From positions 1 to 34,466 of the IMG/VR virus record IMGVR_UViG_3300011437_000019: a DNA stretch of 34,466 bases; one strand, written 5' to 3'. Source of the DNA: a virus (lineage: Duplodnaviria; Caudoviricetes). The notes beneath the pieces were generated by a model, which made no database searches, was not told the origin of the DNA, and saw only the letters and a list, made by a program, of their open reading frames with translations. Shown piece by piece: positions 17,187 to 26,601 of this stretch (position 1 is its first letter; each line of letters begins with the position of its first letter). The position numbers were made by a program, and so were the translations under genes.

Positions 17187-17806
17187 TAGTAGCGGCGGCG
17201 GAGGTGGTTCAGGGGCGACCGGCGCCACACTGCGCGGGCCACGGACCAACTGTGCGTGGCGATGTTGTAGTCCCCGGCCCTAGACTCCTCTCGCTGGATC
17301 TCAGCCAAGGCCTGGTGCTCCGACATGAGCAGGTTGCGCGACAGCGTCGGGTCCCCGAGCTGCTTGTCCTGGTACTCGCGGGCCGCACGAGCGGCGACGT
17401 ACTGGCGCACGGCGGCCGGGGAGTCCTCGAAGTCCAGCATGTACACGATGGTGCACTTGATGACGGACTGACCCAGGTCGAACGTGTGGTTCGTCAGGTC
17501 GTACAGCTTACCTTCGCGGACCGCCAGCTCGCGCCAGTTGGGGTGCTGGTGCTGGTCGGGATCGACGTGCGCGGCGTTGAGTGGGATCACCACCTCGCCG
17601 TTGACGTCTGGCTGCAACTCGACGTTGCACTCCCGGTTGTAGTACCACCCACGAGCTTGAACCGCACGGTTCACCTCGTCCAGGATCTGCACCGCGGACG
17701 TGACATCCGGGGCATCCGAGACGCCTAGAGAGGAGATAGGCTGCTCGCCGATGCCGGCCAGGATCATGTTCACGGCCTGGAGTCGGGTGAGGGGGGTGAC
17801 GGTCAT
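17186..17806 (-). CDS. Tail tubular protein A (gp11-like)
   Basis: LQAVNMILAGIGEQPI, VQARGWYYNRE, KLYD, YVAARAAR motifs. Confidence 0.93.
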   Translation of the reverse strand: MTVTPLTRLQAVNMILAGIGEQPISSLGVSDAPDVTSAVQILDEVNRAVQARGWYYNRECNVELQPDVNGEVVIPLNAAHVDPDQHQHPNWRELAVREGKLYDLTNHTFDLGQSVIKCTIVYMLDFEDSPAAVRQYVAARAAREYQDKQLGDPTLSRNLLMSEHQALAEIQREESRAGDYNIATHSWSVARAVWRRSPLNHLRRRY

Positions 17807-17827
17807 ATGCTCGTGGGTGGTAGGAGA

Positions 17828-17861
17828 GTAAGAGGGGCCAGGTAGAGGCTACCCAGCCCCT
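17828..17861 (-). terminator. Hairpin terminator after the capsid gene (T-phi position)
   Basis: Minus strand AGGGGCTGGGTAG-CCT-CTACCTGGCCCCT, followed by a pyrimidine-rich tail. Confidence 0.6.
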
Positions 17862-17868
17862 GTCAAGA

Positions 17869-18831
17869 CTACGCGACGTCGACCTCGATCGCCGCCTCGG
17901 GACGGAGTTGGCCGTGGCCCATCGCCATCGACGCAACCAGCAGGTCGCCGCGGTACTCGATCATGTACTCCTGCTCCATGCGGAGCCCACGGAGTTGGAT
18001 CGAACCGATAGCCGACTTGTGCCACGCAACCGCCACGGTGTCCGTGAAGTCGCCGGTCGTCGAGTTGGCTTCGCCGGCATCGGCCGTGAAGTTCGTGGTC
18101 GGCATGAGAGTCGTCTTGACGAGCTCCAAGCCGGCCGCGCGGAAGACGTCGCCTTCGTGGAAGACGCCGTTGCTGCCGCCACCGAAGTCGCGGTTGATGA
18201 GGGACTTGTCTTGGACGATCGCGTAGTAGGCTTGCGGAGCCATAGCCAGGTAGCGATCTTCCTCGGGAACGTGCTTCTCGTCGAACTTCTGCGCGATCGA
18301 GAAAGCCGTAGCGACGGCGGAGGCGCCGTTGGTAGCGAAGTCGACGTCGAGGATCGTCTCGCCGGCTTCTTGGCCCGTGATGTTCGGGGTCGTGTTGCGA
18401 CCGGTGAGCACCAGCAGGCGGAGAAGGCGGGAGTCGAGCTCGACGGCCATGGCCCGACCAAGCTCGGTCGAGTACTCGCTCTGGACATCCCAGTGCGACT
18501 TCAGCTCTTCGATGTCGGAGACGAAGGTCGCCGCCAGGAGCTCGCCGTCGACCACGATGACCTGCTCGTTCTGAGCGAACAGGTTCAGGTTGGCGTTGGC
18601 CGGGTCGAGGATGTCATCCCCGATCGTGTGGTAGGACGTCAGTGCGCGACCGACGGCCATGAACTGCGCCGACTTGGCGCGCGAGATGGAACGCTTGCGG
18701 ATCTTGGGAGCGATCTTGATGAGCTTCGCAAAGCTCGACAGGACCTCCCCGCTGAAAACTTTTAGCCACAACGCCGCCGGGTCTCCGGCGAGGTTGATTT
18801 GACCCGGTCTTGAGGGACTAGTATCAGCCAT
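17869..18831 (-). CDS. Major capsid protein (gp10-like)
   Basis: ALWLKVFSGEVL, KSAQF, DVQSEYSTELGRAMA, GHGQLRPEAA. Confidence 0.96.
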   Translation of the reverse strand: MADTSPSRPGQINLAGDPAALWLKVFSGEVLSSFAKLIKIAPKIRKRSISRAKSAQFMAVGRALTSYHTIGDDILDPANANLNLFAQNEQVIVVDGELLAATFVSDIEELKSHWDVQSEYSTELGRAMAVELDSRLLRLLVLTGRNTTPNITGQEAGETILDVDFATNGASAVATAFSIAQKFDEKHVPEEDRYLAMAPQAYYAIVQDKSLINRDFGGGSNGVFHEGDVFRAAGLELVKTTLMPTTNFTADAGEANSTTGDFTDTVAVAWHKSAIGSIQLRGLRMEQEYMIEYRGDLLVASMAMGHGQLRPEAAIEVDVA

Positions 18832-18869
18832 AGTATTAGAGAATAGGCATCAGTGTGTTGACCAAAGTC

Positions 18870-19409
18870 CTAATCGCCGACGAGATCCGCGGATTGTCGG
18901 GGCTTGCGCTCCGGTCCGGCTGCGGGGAACAGGGAATAAGGGTCGTCCGACGTCGCCGAAGTGGCGGACGCTCGGTGTTTCATTAGGTAGGAGATGGCGT
19001 TGAGCAGCAGCGCGCCGGAATCTTTGAAACCTCCGAGGCCGATATTACAGGCGTTACAGAGGATATCGCGAAACGCGCCGGTCTCGTGATCGTGGTCAAC
19101 GCACTTCTTGTGCTTAGAGAAATCGTGACCGCAAATTTGACACGCCACGGCCGCCTCATACGAGTCCAACGCACGCGCTATGTCGGCCTCACGCATACGT
19201 TTCGTTTTGAGGTTACCGCGCCGCGTCCAACGAGGATTCTTTTGGCGATAGGCGTACTGCCGCTGACGGTTGTCTCGAGCCCACTGCCGCGCTGAAGCAC
19301 AGCTACACGGTTTACAGACGTGCTGAACGTCGCTACGTTTACCGCCTCGTTTGTAGAACTCCGTCAGCGGCTTGGTCTCGCCGCACTCACAGCACTTCTT
19401 AGTATCCAT
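18870..19409 (-). CDS. Endonuclease VII-family free-standing (homing) endonuclease
   Basis: N-terminal KKCCECGETKPLTEFY...CKPC zinc ribbon; CQICG, VDHDHETG, LCNACNIGLG. Start at ATG 19409 or 19433. Confidence 0.85.
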   Translation of the reverse strand: MDTKKCCECGETKPLTEFYKRGGKRSDVQHVCKPCSCASARQWARDNRQRQYAYRQKNPRWTRRGNLKTKRMREADIARALDSYEAAVACQICGHDFSKHKKCVDHDHETGAFRDILCNACNIGLGGFKDSGALLLNAISYLMKHRASATSATSDDPYSLFPAAGPERKPRQSADLVGD

Positions 19410-19429
19410 AGGTTCCTCTCGATCCGCCC

Positions 19430-19777
19430 TCAAGCCGCCGGAGGACGCTCACGCTCAACCGCGATGTCCCGACGCCTCGTCATGTTCCTAAAGTACCACA
19501 TAGCGGCGCCGATCAAGCCGGCCGGGGTCCACGCGGCCGGGTCGGCGAGCTGGTCGAACAGCCCCTCGCCGCGCGCCTTGACGTCGACGGCGACCGCCGC
19601 CAGCTCGTCGCGATACTCCTCCAGGGCGCCCTCGACCTCCTCCTGCGAGGCGGCCCGGTCTTCCAGGACCTGCTCCAGCTTGCTTTGCGCGTCAGCGAGG
19701 CGTTGCAGGTCACCCGAGGTGGCCAAGCAGCCGGTCAGGAGGGGAAGCGTGCACAGGGCGAGTAGTAGTTGTTTCAT
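19430..19777 (-). CDS. Lipoprotein with coiled coil and C-terminal hydrophobic segment (spanin candidate)
   Basis: MKQLLLALCTLPLLTG-C lipobox; helical middle; AGLIGAAMWYF followed by RNMTRRR. Confidence 0.6.
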   Translation of the reverse strand: MKQLLLALCTLPLLTGCLATSGDLQRLADAQSKLEQVLEDRAASQEEVEGALEEYRDELAAVAVDVKARGEGLFDQLADPAAWTPAGLIGAAMWYFRNMTRRRDIAVERERPPAA

Positions 19778-19779
19778 GA

Positions 19780-20550
19780 CTAGAAGTTGGTTTGAGCGAT
19801 ACGGCGTTGGACCTGAGCACGATACCCAGCATCTTCCTTGTACTTGGGGTCTTGGATGGCCCTGGTCATCTCAGCCTCGCTGCCGAACGCGTGACCACCG
19901 CCACCACCAGACACGCCGGAGCCCTTGACAAAGCTCGGCTGACCACCCGCCTCGGCCTGCCAACGGCTAGCCAAGCTCTTGACGGCGAACTCACGAACGG
20001 CCGCGTCAGTGTTGTTGACCTGGCTGTTGAAGGCATGCACCTCGCTCGGACTAAGGCTGCTCGCGGCCCACCCGATCATCTGTTGATACCGCTCGGCGCC
20101 GCCCACCAGCTCGTGCCCACGCGAGACAACGCTTGAGGCCCGGGCCACCTGGCCATCGATGTAGGCCTCGGCAATGTGCCGGGGGATACCCTTCGAGGCC
20201 AGCTCGCTGAAGCTGTTCTCCGACAGGCGGCCCATCGAGTTGAACTCGGCCGTATACCGGTCCAACTCCAGGCCGGTCGGCGCTTGCGGTGCGGGCTTGC
20301 CATCGGTCGGCGCCGGCTTCGTCTGGCTGAGCTCGGTGATCTTACGCTGAGCCTCAGTGTACGCGGCTTGCAAGTCGGAGACCGAGTTGAAGTTGGGCGG
20401 CAGGGCGGGGTCGCGCTGCGCGGGGATCGACGGCGATGCCGGGGTCGGCTGCGCCTCGGTAGCCGGGGTCGGTTGGGTCTCAGGGGTCGGGGTGAGCTCG
20501 GCGCTGTTGCCGTTGCTCACGTCGCCATCCAGTTGCACTCTTGTAACCAT
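19780..20550 (-). CDS. Capsid assembly scaffolding protein (gp9-like)
   Basis: GRLSENSF, YIDGQ, VGGAERYQQMIGWA, DPKY...YRAQVQRRI. Confidence 0.92.
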   Translation of the reverse strand: MVTRVQLDGDVSNGNSAELTPTPETQPTPATEAQPTPASPSIPAQRDPALPPNFNSVSDLQAAYTEAQRKITELSQTKPAPTDGKPAPQAPTGLELDRYTAEFNSMGRLSENSFSELASKGIPRHIAEAYIDGQVARASSVVSRGHELVGGAERYQQMIGWAASSLSPSEVHAFNSQVNNTDAAVREFAVKSLASRWQAEAGGQPSFVKGSGVSGGGGGHAFGSEAEMTRAIQDPKYKEDAGYRAQVQRRIAQTNF

Positions 20551-20561
20551 GCTTTACCTCT

Positions 20562-22193
20562 CTATTGGGGTGGGGGAAGTTGCGCTTGCTGCGCTTGAAT
20601 TGCGTCCGCTACGCCTTTGACACCCTGCGCGGCGGCCGGGGTCTGGAGCGCTTGCATCTGCATCGCTTGTTGCCGTTCCGCAGCGATCTCTTCCTCGCTG
20701 CGCAGTATGTTCTCGGTCCGTATGCCGGCCTGGACGGCCAGGCGCTGCAACCAATTCCGTGCGTTGAGTTGCTGAGCGAAGGCTTCCGGACCAACGGCGG
20801 CCTGGCCCGCCGAGGCGAACCGAACCATCCTGTCGAACTCTTGCCCCCGGCCCAGGGCCTCGACGCCGGTGATGACGGACGGCTGGACGAACTCTCGCGG
20901 GATCGGCGGAAGGCGGCCTTCGCTCTGCATGGCCGACATGACCTGCTCGACTACCGGCAGCTGGAGCTCCTGCGCCATCACGGCGTACGCGCCGCCCAAG
21001 GCTTCCTCCAGCTCGCGCACGAGGAACCGAATCTCCTCCGCGGTGACGCGCTCCGCGTTGCGTTGCACCGTGCTGCCCATAAGGAACGCCTGGTCCAACC
21101 GCCGCTCGATCCTGTCCGCAGCCTCGTAGGCCACGCGCAGGTCGGGGTACTTGTTTAGCTGGTGCGTGTAGACGTCCCCCTCCTCGCCGGTCAGGACCTC
21201 CCCGGTCTCGGCCGAGGCGTACTCCTGTTGCGTCACGGTCGCACCAGGGCGGGTGAAGTGCACGACGCGGGCAGCCTCTACGCTGGCGTGCACGATAGAC
21301 GTCCAAAGTCCTTCAAGGCTGATCAGGTCGCCGAGGTGCTCCTCGACGATGCCGCGGCCGAAGTGCTCCCCGCTGACGCGGTTCATGCGCAGCGGCAGGT
21401 AGGGCATGTTCTTTGCAGACCAGCTGCCTCTAGTGCCCGGCAGCTCCTCCGACTTCCACTCCTGCCAGCCCTCGTAACGGTCCTTGCCTTTGCGTTGGAT
21501 GACGGTGAAGACCTCGACCGGCTCCTCCTGGCTGACGTCCTTCTCTGAACCGACCGAGTTGCCGTAGGAGTCGACCTCATTGCTTTGCAGGCCAGACATG
21601 ACCTTACCGCCGTCCATCGGGCCTGTGTTGGTGCCGACCTTGTCCTTTACCAGGGCCGGGTTCACCCGCTCCCGGATGATGATCAGCAACACGCTGCCCT
21701 CGGGGTCGCGCTCGACCACGAACTGATCTAGCTTGTAGCAGCGAGACTCGTCAGCCCGCTTGCGCGGTAGGTACCAGAGCACGTTGCCGGCCACCACCAG
21801 GTGACGGAAGACCTCGTACAGGCTGGGCCGTAGACCTCGACCCTCGACCTCACGGCTGACCGCCACGACCACCTTTTGCAGGCTTTGCTCGATCTCCTCG
21901 ACGGCCTCCTCGCCGGCTGCTTCCTGCACCGGGAACAGGTCTGCCTCGAAGCGAAAGAAGGGCTCGGAAGGCGGGAACAGGGAAACTAGCAGTTTCGAGG
22001 ATAGGTTGTTCACCCCTCGACTGCCGACCGACTGGTAGGGGGTCGGGAGCGACTTGTCGTCAAAGTGCCCCTCATCCGTGATAAGGTGCGGGATCGTTAG
22101 GCGTGAGGCGTCCCTAGCGCGCTCCAAGAAGGGCTCTCTCTTGGCCGCCATGCGCTCATAGGCGGCGCGAGCTTGCCCCGGCATCAACGCCAT
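20562..22193 (-). CDS. Portal / head-tail connector (gp8-like)
   Basis: QSVGSRGVNNLSSKL, GEHFGRG, AERVTAEEIR, TGVEALGR. Confidence 0.96.
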   Translation of the reverse strand: MALMPGQARAAYERMAAKREPFLERARDASRLTIPHLITDEGHFDDKSLPTPYQSVGSRGVNNLSSKLLVSLFPPSEPFFRFEADLFPVQEAAGEEAVEEIEQSLQKVVVAVSREVEGRGLRPSLYEVFRHLVVAGNVLWYLPRKRADESRCYKLDQFVVERDPEGSVLLIIIRERVNPALVKDKVGTNTGPMDGGKVMSGLQSNEVDSYGNSVGSEKDVSQEEPVEVFTVIQRKGKDRYEGWQEWKSEELPGTRGSWSAKNMPYLPLRMNRVSGEHFGRGIVEEHLGDLISLEGLWTSIVHASVEAARVVHFTRPGATVTQQEYASAETGEVLTGEEGDVYTHQLNKYPDLRVAYEAADRIERRLDQAFLMGSTVQRNAERVTAEEIRFLVRELEEALGGAYAVMAQELQLPVVEQVMSAMQSEGRLPPIPREFVQPSVITGVEALGRGQEFDRMVRFASAGQAAVGPEAFAQQLNARNWLQRLAVQAGIRTENILRSEEEIAAERQQAMQMQALQTPAAAQGVKGVADAIQAQQAQLPPPQ

Positions 22194-22195
22194 GG

Positions 22196-22423
22196 CTACC
22201 GACCAACCGAGGGAATGCGAAGACCACCGCCGCCGGCCGTCTGGTCAGCTCCGCCAAGCGGGGCGTTGCGCAGCGGCACCGCCAGCGCCTGCGTTCCCAT
22301 GCCGGCCCGCTTGCGCCGGCTCTCGGGGGAGACGGCCGGGGCGATGCCGAGGGCAGAGGCCGCAGGGGCGGCCGGAGGGGGCGGAGCCTTGACCGTGGGC
22401 GGGGAGAAGAGGGAGGAGCACAT
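22196..22423 (-). CDS. Small virion assembly protein (gp7.3-like position)
   Basis: MC start, Pro-rich, basic RRKR, GLRIP end; immediately upstream of the portal. Confidence 0.6.
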   Translation of the reverse strand: MCSSLFSPPTVKAPPPPAAPAASALGIAPAVSPESRRKRAGMGTQALAVPLRNAPLGGADQTAGGGGLRIPSVGR

Positions 22424-22458
22424 GGGGGTAGGTAGAGGCTGGTGTAAGTAAAGGAAGG

Positions 22459-22492
22459 GAGGCCACCCCCGGGCGAACCCAGGGATGGCCTC
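22459..22492 (-). terminator. Stem-loop between the replication and morphogenesis modules
   Basis: GAGGCCATCCCTGGG-TTCG-CCCGGGGGTGGCCTC followed by CCTTCCTTTACTT. Confidence 0.7.
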
Positions 22493-22517
22493 GTCGGCGA
22501 GGAGACAGCGCCGAGTA

Positions 22518-22772
22518 CTAGGACTTGATCTTGAGCTCCACCGTGCCGGCCCGCTGCGCGCGGCAGATAGCAGCGAGGTAGGCGACGACGCTTACCTGGC
22601 CCTGGAGGAACCTTACCCGACCAAGGTCGGCGTCAGGCGCCGGCAGGCGGTCCGGGAAGCGCTCCAGGAGTGCCTCCACGAGGTCAGGAGTGACCCTAGG
22701 GAACGTGGCGGCCGAGGCAGCGGGCGACTCGGGGGCCCGCCCGGGGAACAGGTGGGGCAGAAGGGTCTTCAT
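22518..22772 (-). CDS. Hypothetical phage protein
   Basis: ATGA-coupled to the upstream gene; LVEALLERFPDRLP...GQVSVVAYL resembles small genes preceding structural modules of T7-like phages. Confidence 0.65.
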   Translation of the reverse strand: MKTLLPHLFPGRAPESPAASAATFPRVTPDLVEALLERFPDRLPAPDADLGRVRFLQGQVSVVAYLAAICRAQRAGTVELKIKS

Positions 22773-23206
22773 AAAGGTGACGTGAGAGGTTGGAAGGTCA
22801 GGAAGGCCGAGGGGCTGCTGCGGTTCAGTGTCACCAGGGGCTCATCATAGTCCGGCATAGGCACCAAACGGAACCCTAGGCTGGTGAAGAGGCCGCAGTA
22901 GCATAACTTGTCCTGGTACCAGGCCGTCAAGAACTCAGCTTTGGCGCCGCGACTGGCACGCCAGCCGGGCAGGAACACCACGATGTCTGCGTCCATGACA
23001 CGCCGCTGGTCCCAAGTCATCGAGCGCTTCAGGTCCTTGGGAGACAGCTCGGCTCCTGCGTCAACCCCGGTCACATCGTCGTGCTCGATCGGAGACCAAA
23101 CCAGGTAGCCGAGTTTGCGTAGACGCGCGGCAGCCGCCTCGAAAGCGGGGCGGTTCCCGTTAGGTATGCCCCGCATCGGACCAGACAGATAGACGGACAT
23201 TGTCAC
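22769..23206 (-). CDS. DUF4406 / nucleoside 2-deoxyribosyltransferase-like protein
   Basis: VYLSGPMRG...N.PAF, SP, DADIVVFLPGWRASRGAKAE. Confidence 0.8.
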   Translation of the reverse strand: MTMSVYLSGPMRGIPNGNRPAFEAAAARLRKLGYLVWSPIEHDDVTGVDAGAELSPKDLKRSMTWDQRRVMDADIVVFLPGWRASRGAKAEFLTAWYQDKLCYCGLFTSLGFRLVPMPDYDEPLVTLNRSSPSAFLTFQPLTSPL

Positions 23207-23556
23207 GGCTTACGCTCCATCACCGAAGCCATCGCCATATACCCAAACGCGACGCAACTTTGCGCACCCTCCAGTTCACGCTGCAACAACGCGAGCGCGC
23301 GCCAAGCCACCTTGGCCGAGTGACGTACACCGTCCGTATCGACAGTCCCGCGTTGCAGCAGGTGGCGCACCAGGGCGTCCGCCTCGTCGGTGGACTTTGA
23401 CTTGTCCCAGTGAAGCGGTTGACCTGGGTTGTGCTGCTCGTTGCCGATACGGCTCACCTCGGCGATGACGCGCAAGGCGTCAGGGAAGTAGTCGAGGACG
23501 CCTGTGCATACAGGTTGGCCCTTACGTTGGGCGGCTTCGGACACTTTATCGGTCAT
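23203..23556 (-). CDS. dATP/dGTP diphosphohydrolase-domain (DUF5664-like) protein
   Basis: YFPDAL..IAEVS..GNEQHNPG..LHWD, DALVRHL, HSAKVAWRALA. Confidence 0.75.
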   Translation of the reverse strand: MTDKVSEAAQRKGQPVCTGVLDYFPDALRVIAEVSRIGNEQHNPGQPLHWDKSKSTDEADALVRHLLQRGTVDTDGVRHSAKVAWRALALLQRELEGAQSCVAFGYMAMASVMERKP

Positions 23557-24344
23557 CGGGGGCACCACGGCACAGCTTGTGCGCTACGGAGGTCGTTGGG
23601 TCGGGCGAAGGTCACATCGGACCACCTAAGGATACGCGCGACGCGAGCCTGCGTCAAGGCGTCGTCCGCGGTCAGCCCGGCTTTCTCATAGGCCTGCACG
23701 ATAGCCGACCACCACTCCTCAGGCGGCAGGTCAGCTAGGATCTTCTCGGCCTTGATCGGGCCGACACCCGGCAGTCCCTTGTACCCATCCGTAGTGTCGC
23801 CGGTCAGGGTCTGCATCATGTGCGCCCGGTCCGCGGCGATCTCGTCGATGGCGAGGAGCTCGTCACGGCGGGGGATGTAGAGCAAACCGGGGACGTTGCG
23901 GAGGTCCTTGTCCTCGCTGACGATGACCTTGACCAGCTCTCCGTTGGGCTTAGTGGCCAACATGCCGACCACATCATCGGCCTCAAAGGTAGGTATTGCC
24001 TCGCCGGTGACGCCGTCGTCGGTCATGCCGTCCCAGGCATACCCCATGAGGCCGGCATAGCCGACCGGCTTCTTGCCGGTGCGGTTCTGCTTATAGGTCG
24101 GTAGGATGTGGAGCCGCCAGTTGCGCTTGAGGTCGCTCATGCAGAACGTGGCGGTCAAGGCGTCGAGCCGCCGCATGATGCGCAGCACCTCGGCCCGTAG
24201 GGCCTGCTTGGCCTGGTCGAGGTCGAGACGTAGGATGATCTCGTGGTCGTCCCAGGACTCTTCCGTGGTCGCCTCGTGAGCGGCCTTGTAGAGGAGGGAG
24301 TCGCCGTCGATGAGAAGATGCTTGGGGATGCTAGGGTCGTGCAT
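23553..24344 (-). CDS. 5'-3' exonuclease (gp6-like)
   Basis: LLIDGD, YKQNR, EADDVVG, SEDKDL, TGDTTDGYKGLPGVG, QARVARILR. Confidence 0.93.
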   Translation of the reverse strand: MHDPSIPKHLLIDGDSLLYKAAHEATTEESWDDHEIILRLDLDQAKQALRAEVLRIMRRLDALTATFCMSDLKRNWRLHILPTYKQNRTGKKPVGYAGLMGYAWDGMTDDGVTGEAIPTFEADDVVGMLATKPNGELVKVIVSEDKDLRNVPGLLYIPRRDELLAIDEIAADRAHMMQTLTGDTTDGYKGLPGVGPIKAEKILADLPPEEWWSAIVQAYEKAGLTADDALTQARVARILRWSDVTFARPNDLRSAQAVPWCPR

Positions 24345-26164
24345 TAGTGTGTAGCACTCCAGTCGTTACCGATCTTGAATTCTCCAGTGAGGGGGCAACG
24401 AAGGCTGAAACGCTCCGTAGCGCTCTCGATCGCGGCCACCAGAAGCTTACCTACCTTATCCGCGTCCGTCGCGAGGCACTCGTACTGTAGCTCGTCGTGT
24501 ACGAACAGGACCTGAGCTGCGTCCAAGCCCGCGTCGCGGACCCAGAGGTCGGCCTGCACGACGGCGTGCTTCATCACGACCGACCCAAAGGACTGCAAGA
24601 GCGTATTTAGTGCGGCGTGCTCGCTGCGGGTAGGGACTCGCCGGCCGTCGAGTCCTTCTAAGTAACGGTTCGTGCGGTGCGCGTTCACGACCTTAGCTTT
24701 CAACTTGGCGAGCCCCGGCGTGCGACGTAGGAACTGCTCGGCCAGGAGCTTTGCTTGCTTGAGCGAGCAGCCCATCTCTTTGGCGAGTTTCTGTGTACCG
24801 GCCCCATAGACCCAACAATACAGAAACTTCTTCGCTTGCGTTCGACTCTCGAAGCCTCCCGCGATCTGGTTCGCCGTGTGCGGGTCCCCAGCCCCGACGA
24901 CCCGAGCGTAGGCCCCATCGTCCCACTCGGCCAGGTAGTGCGCCAGAGCTCGGAGCTCCAGGTTGGAGGCGTCCGCCCCGACCAGGACTCGCCCCTTTGG
25001 GGCGACGAACAGTGACCGACAGCGTGTACCCCACTCCGTCACCTTCGCCAGGTAGTCCGGCGGTAACGGCTTGGCGGTCTTGACGCTAGGGATGTTACCG
25101 AGATTAGGGGCGGAATGCGAGCATCGGCTCGTGACCGTACCCATAGGGTCGATCTTCCCACGAATGCGGTCGTCCTCGCCGACGTGCGCCAGCCAGGACT
25201 TAGACTTCTTCGTACTCTCGACGAGCATGGAGAGGCGCTTGCTTACCATAGCACGCTCCGCCATCCACTTCGCCTCAGGGTACGGCAGGGACATTAGTTG
25301 GAGCTCCGTCATCGCCGGCTTACCTAGTTCCGTGTACTTCGTAGGCTTCCAGCCATACTTTCGGGTCAAAGCCTCGGCGCAGTGGTCCCGGGAACCGGGG
25401 TTGAACGTGACCTGGAACTCCGTGCGGATCTTCTTCTTGGGCGTTACCCGGACGCGGTCGAACGGCGGGATGGCGGCATGCAGTTGCTCATCTAGCTCAG
25501 CCCGGCGGACCAACAGGTCGCGCACCAGGTCGTCCGCGGCCTTGCGGTCGAACAGGACGCCGTGAGTCTGCTGCTTGGCTAGGACAGCCGCGAATCGCGA
25601 CTCCAGCTCCAGAGCTTCGACAGGGGTGTACTTGGTTTGCAACCAGTCGTATAGATCGGCGCAGACGGCGACGTCTTGTAGGTTATAAGTGATCATCTCA
25701 TCCGTCAAGCGTTCCCACGATAACGGCTTGGCTTCTTTACGGTTCCCGATCCGCCAGCCCCAGGCTTTCAAGCTGTGTAGGCCGGTCAGTTCTGGCGGGA
25801 GATCCGACGTACCGGCGTTGCGACGCGCGAAGTCCAGCTCGCGAAGATTAGGGTAGCGCACTTTCGCGGCGAGCTGCGTATCGTAGAGCTTCGCCACCGG
25901 TAGGTCAGCGCTTAGTACCCCGCGCAGGACTGGTGCATCGAAACCTAGGATGTTGTGACCCAGCACGAGGTCGGCCGACTCGATCAAGCGGACTCCGTCG
26001 GCTAGGGTGCCGTCGGGTAGGATCGTGACGCCCTCTGGGGAATCATGAAAGATGTAGTTCCGGCCAAGTTCGTCCCGTGCGCCGATCATGTGGACGCTGG
26101 TTTGCCAGGCGGGACGCTGGAAGTTTTTGACTTCCGTGGTTTCCAGGTCGATGACGAGTTTCAT
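24344..26164 (-). CDS. DNA polymerase, family A (gp5-like) with 3'-5' exonuclease
   Basis: IDLET, GHNILGFD, YNLQD; motif A DASNLELR, motif B AKKFLYCWVYG, motif C VHDE. Start at ATG 26164 (ATGA overlap). Confidence 0.96.
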   Translation of the reverse strand: MKLVIDLETTEVKNFQRPAWQTSVHMIGARDELGRNYIFHDSPEGVTILPDGTLADGVRLIESADLVLGHNILGFDAPVLRGVLSADLPVAKLYDTQLAAKVRYPNLRELDFARRNAGTSDLPPELTGLHSLKAWGWRIGNRKEAKPLSWERLTDEMITYNLQDVAVCADLYDWLQTKYTPVEALELESRFAAVLAKQQTHGVLFDRKAADDLVRDLLVRRAELDEQLHAAIPPFDRVRVTPKKKIRTEFQVTFNPGSRDHCAEALTRKYGWKPTKYTELGKPAMTELQLMSLPYPEAKWMAERAMVSKRLSMLVESTKKSKSWLAHVGEDDRIRGKIDPMGTVTSRCSHSAPNLGNIPSVKTAKPLPPDYLAKVTEWGTRCRSLFVAPKGRVLVGADASNLELRALAHYLAEWDDGAYARVVGAGDPHTANQIAGGFESRTQAKKFLYCWVYGAGTQKLAKEMGCSLKQAKLLAEQFLRRTPGLAKLKAKVVNAHRTNRYLEGLDGRRVPTRSEHAALNTLLQSFGSVVMKHAVVQADLWVRDAGLDAAQVLFVHDELQYECLATDADKVGKLLVAAIESATERFSLRCPLTGEFKIGNDWSATH

Positions 26165-26601
26165 TTCAACCATCCCCAACGGCGACGGCTTTTTATCTGA
26201 TTTATGTGGGCTTGTGAGATATCATAACGCACAGCTAGCGTCCGCGAAGAAACGTCAGCTAACCGAATCTGTCGAACTTGCTCTTCAGATAGCTTTACAC
26301 ACCCGTTTCGGCTACCGCGCGCCGTCCGACCTTTTACCACCGCATCGGCCGAATTGTCTGCGGCCGTACCCTCAAACATATGCGAAAGTCGAACGCAAAG
26401 CCGATTGTCACATCGATGTAATAGGTGTCGAGTCGGCCACGTTCCCGTCGTTAGAAACCAAGCCACGCGATGTACTCGCCTAGGCGTCCCGTTTATCGCA
26501 AATTGACCGTAGCCTCCTCGCGTCTTGGATGCCCTCCACTCCCAGCAACCCGGCCCCTTCCGCACCTTGGCCCAGAACCTCTCTTCAAGCGAGCCCCTCA
26601 C
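26161..26601 (-). CDS. HNH homing endonuclease
   Basis: RFWAKV, CWEW, GYGQF, HRVAW, LHRCDNRLCV...H...GT..DN; C-terminal HTH-like segment. Confidence 0.9.
   Translation of the reverse strand: MRGSLEERFWAKVRKGPGCWEWRASKTRGGYGQFAINGTPRRVHRVAWFLTTGTWPTRHLLHRCDNRLCVRLSHMFEGTAADNSADAVVKGRTARGSRNGCVKLSEEQVRQIRLADVSSRTLAVRYDISQAHINQIKSRRRWGWLK

Noticed and set aside
17508-17936. T7 10B-like frameshift extension of the capsid protein
   Set aside because: No slippery sequence seen at the capsid 3' end; the alternative frame is low-complexity and overlaps tail tube A.
3154-22193. TAG stop-codon reassignment
   Set aside because: Terminase, capsid, scaffold and portal genes end in TAG at the expected lengths, and no gene is fragmented.
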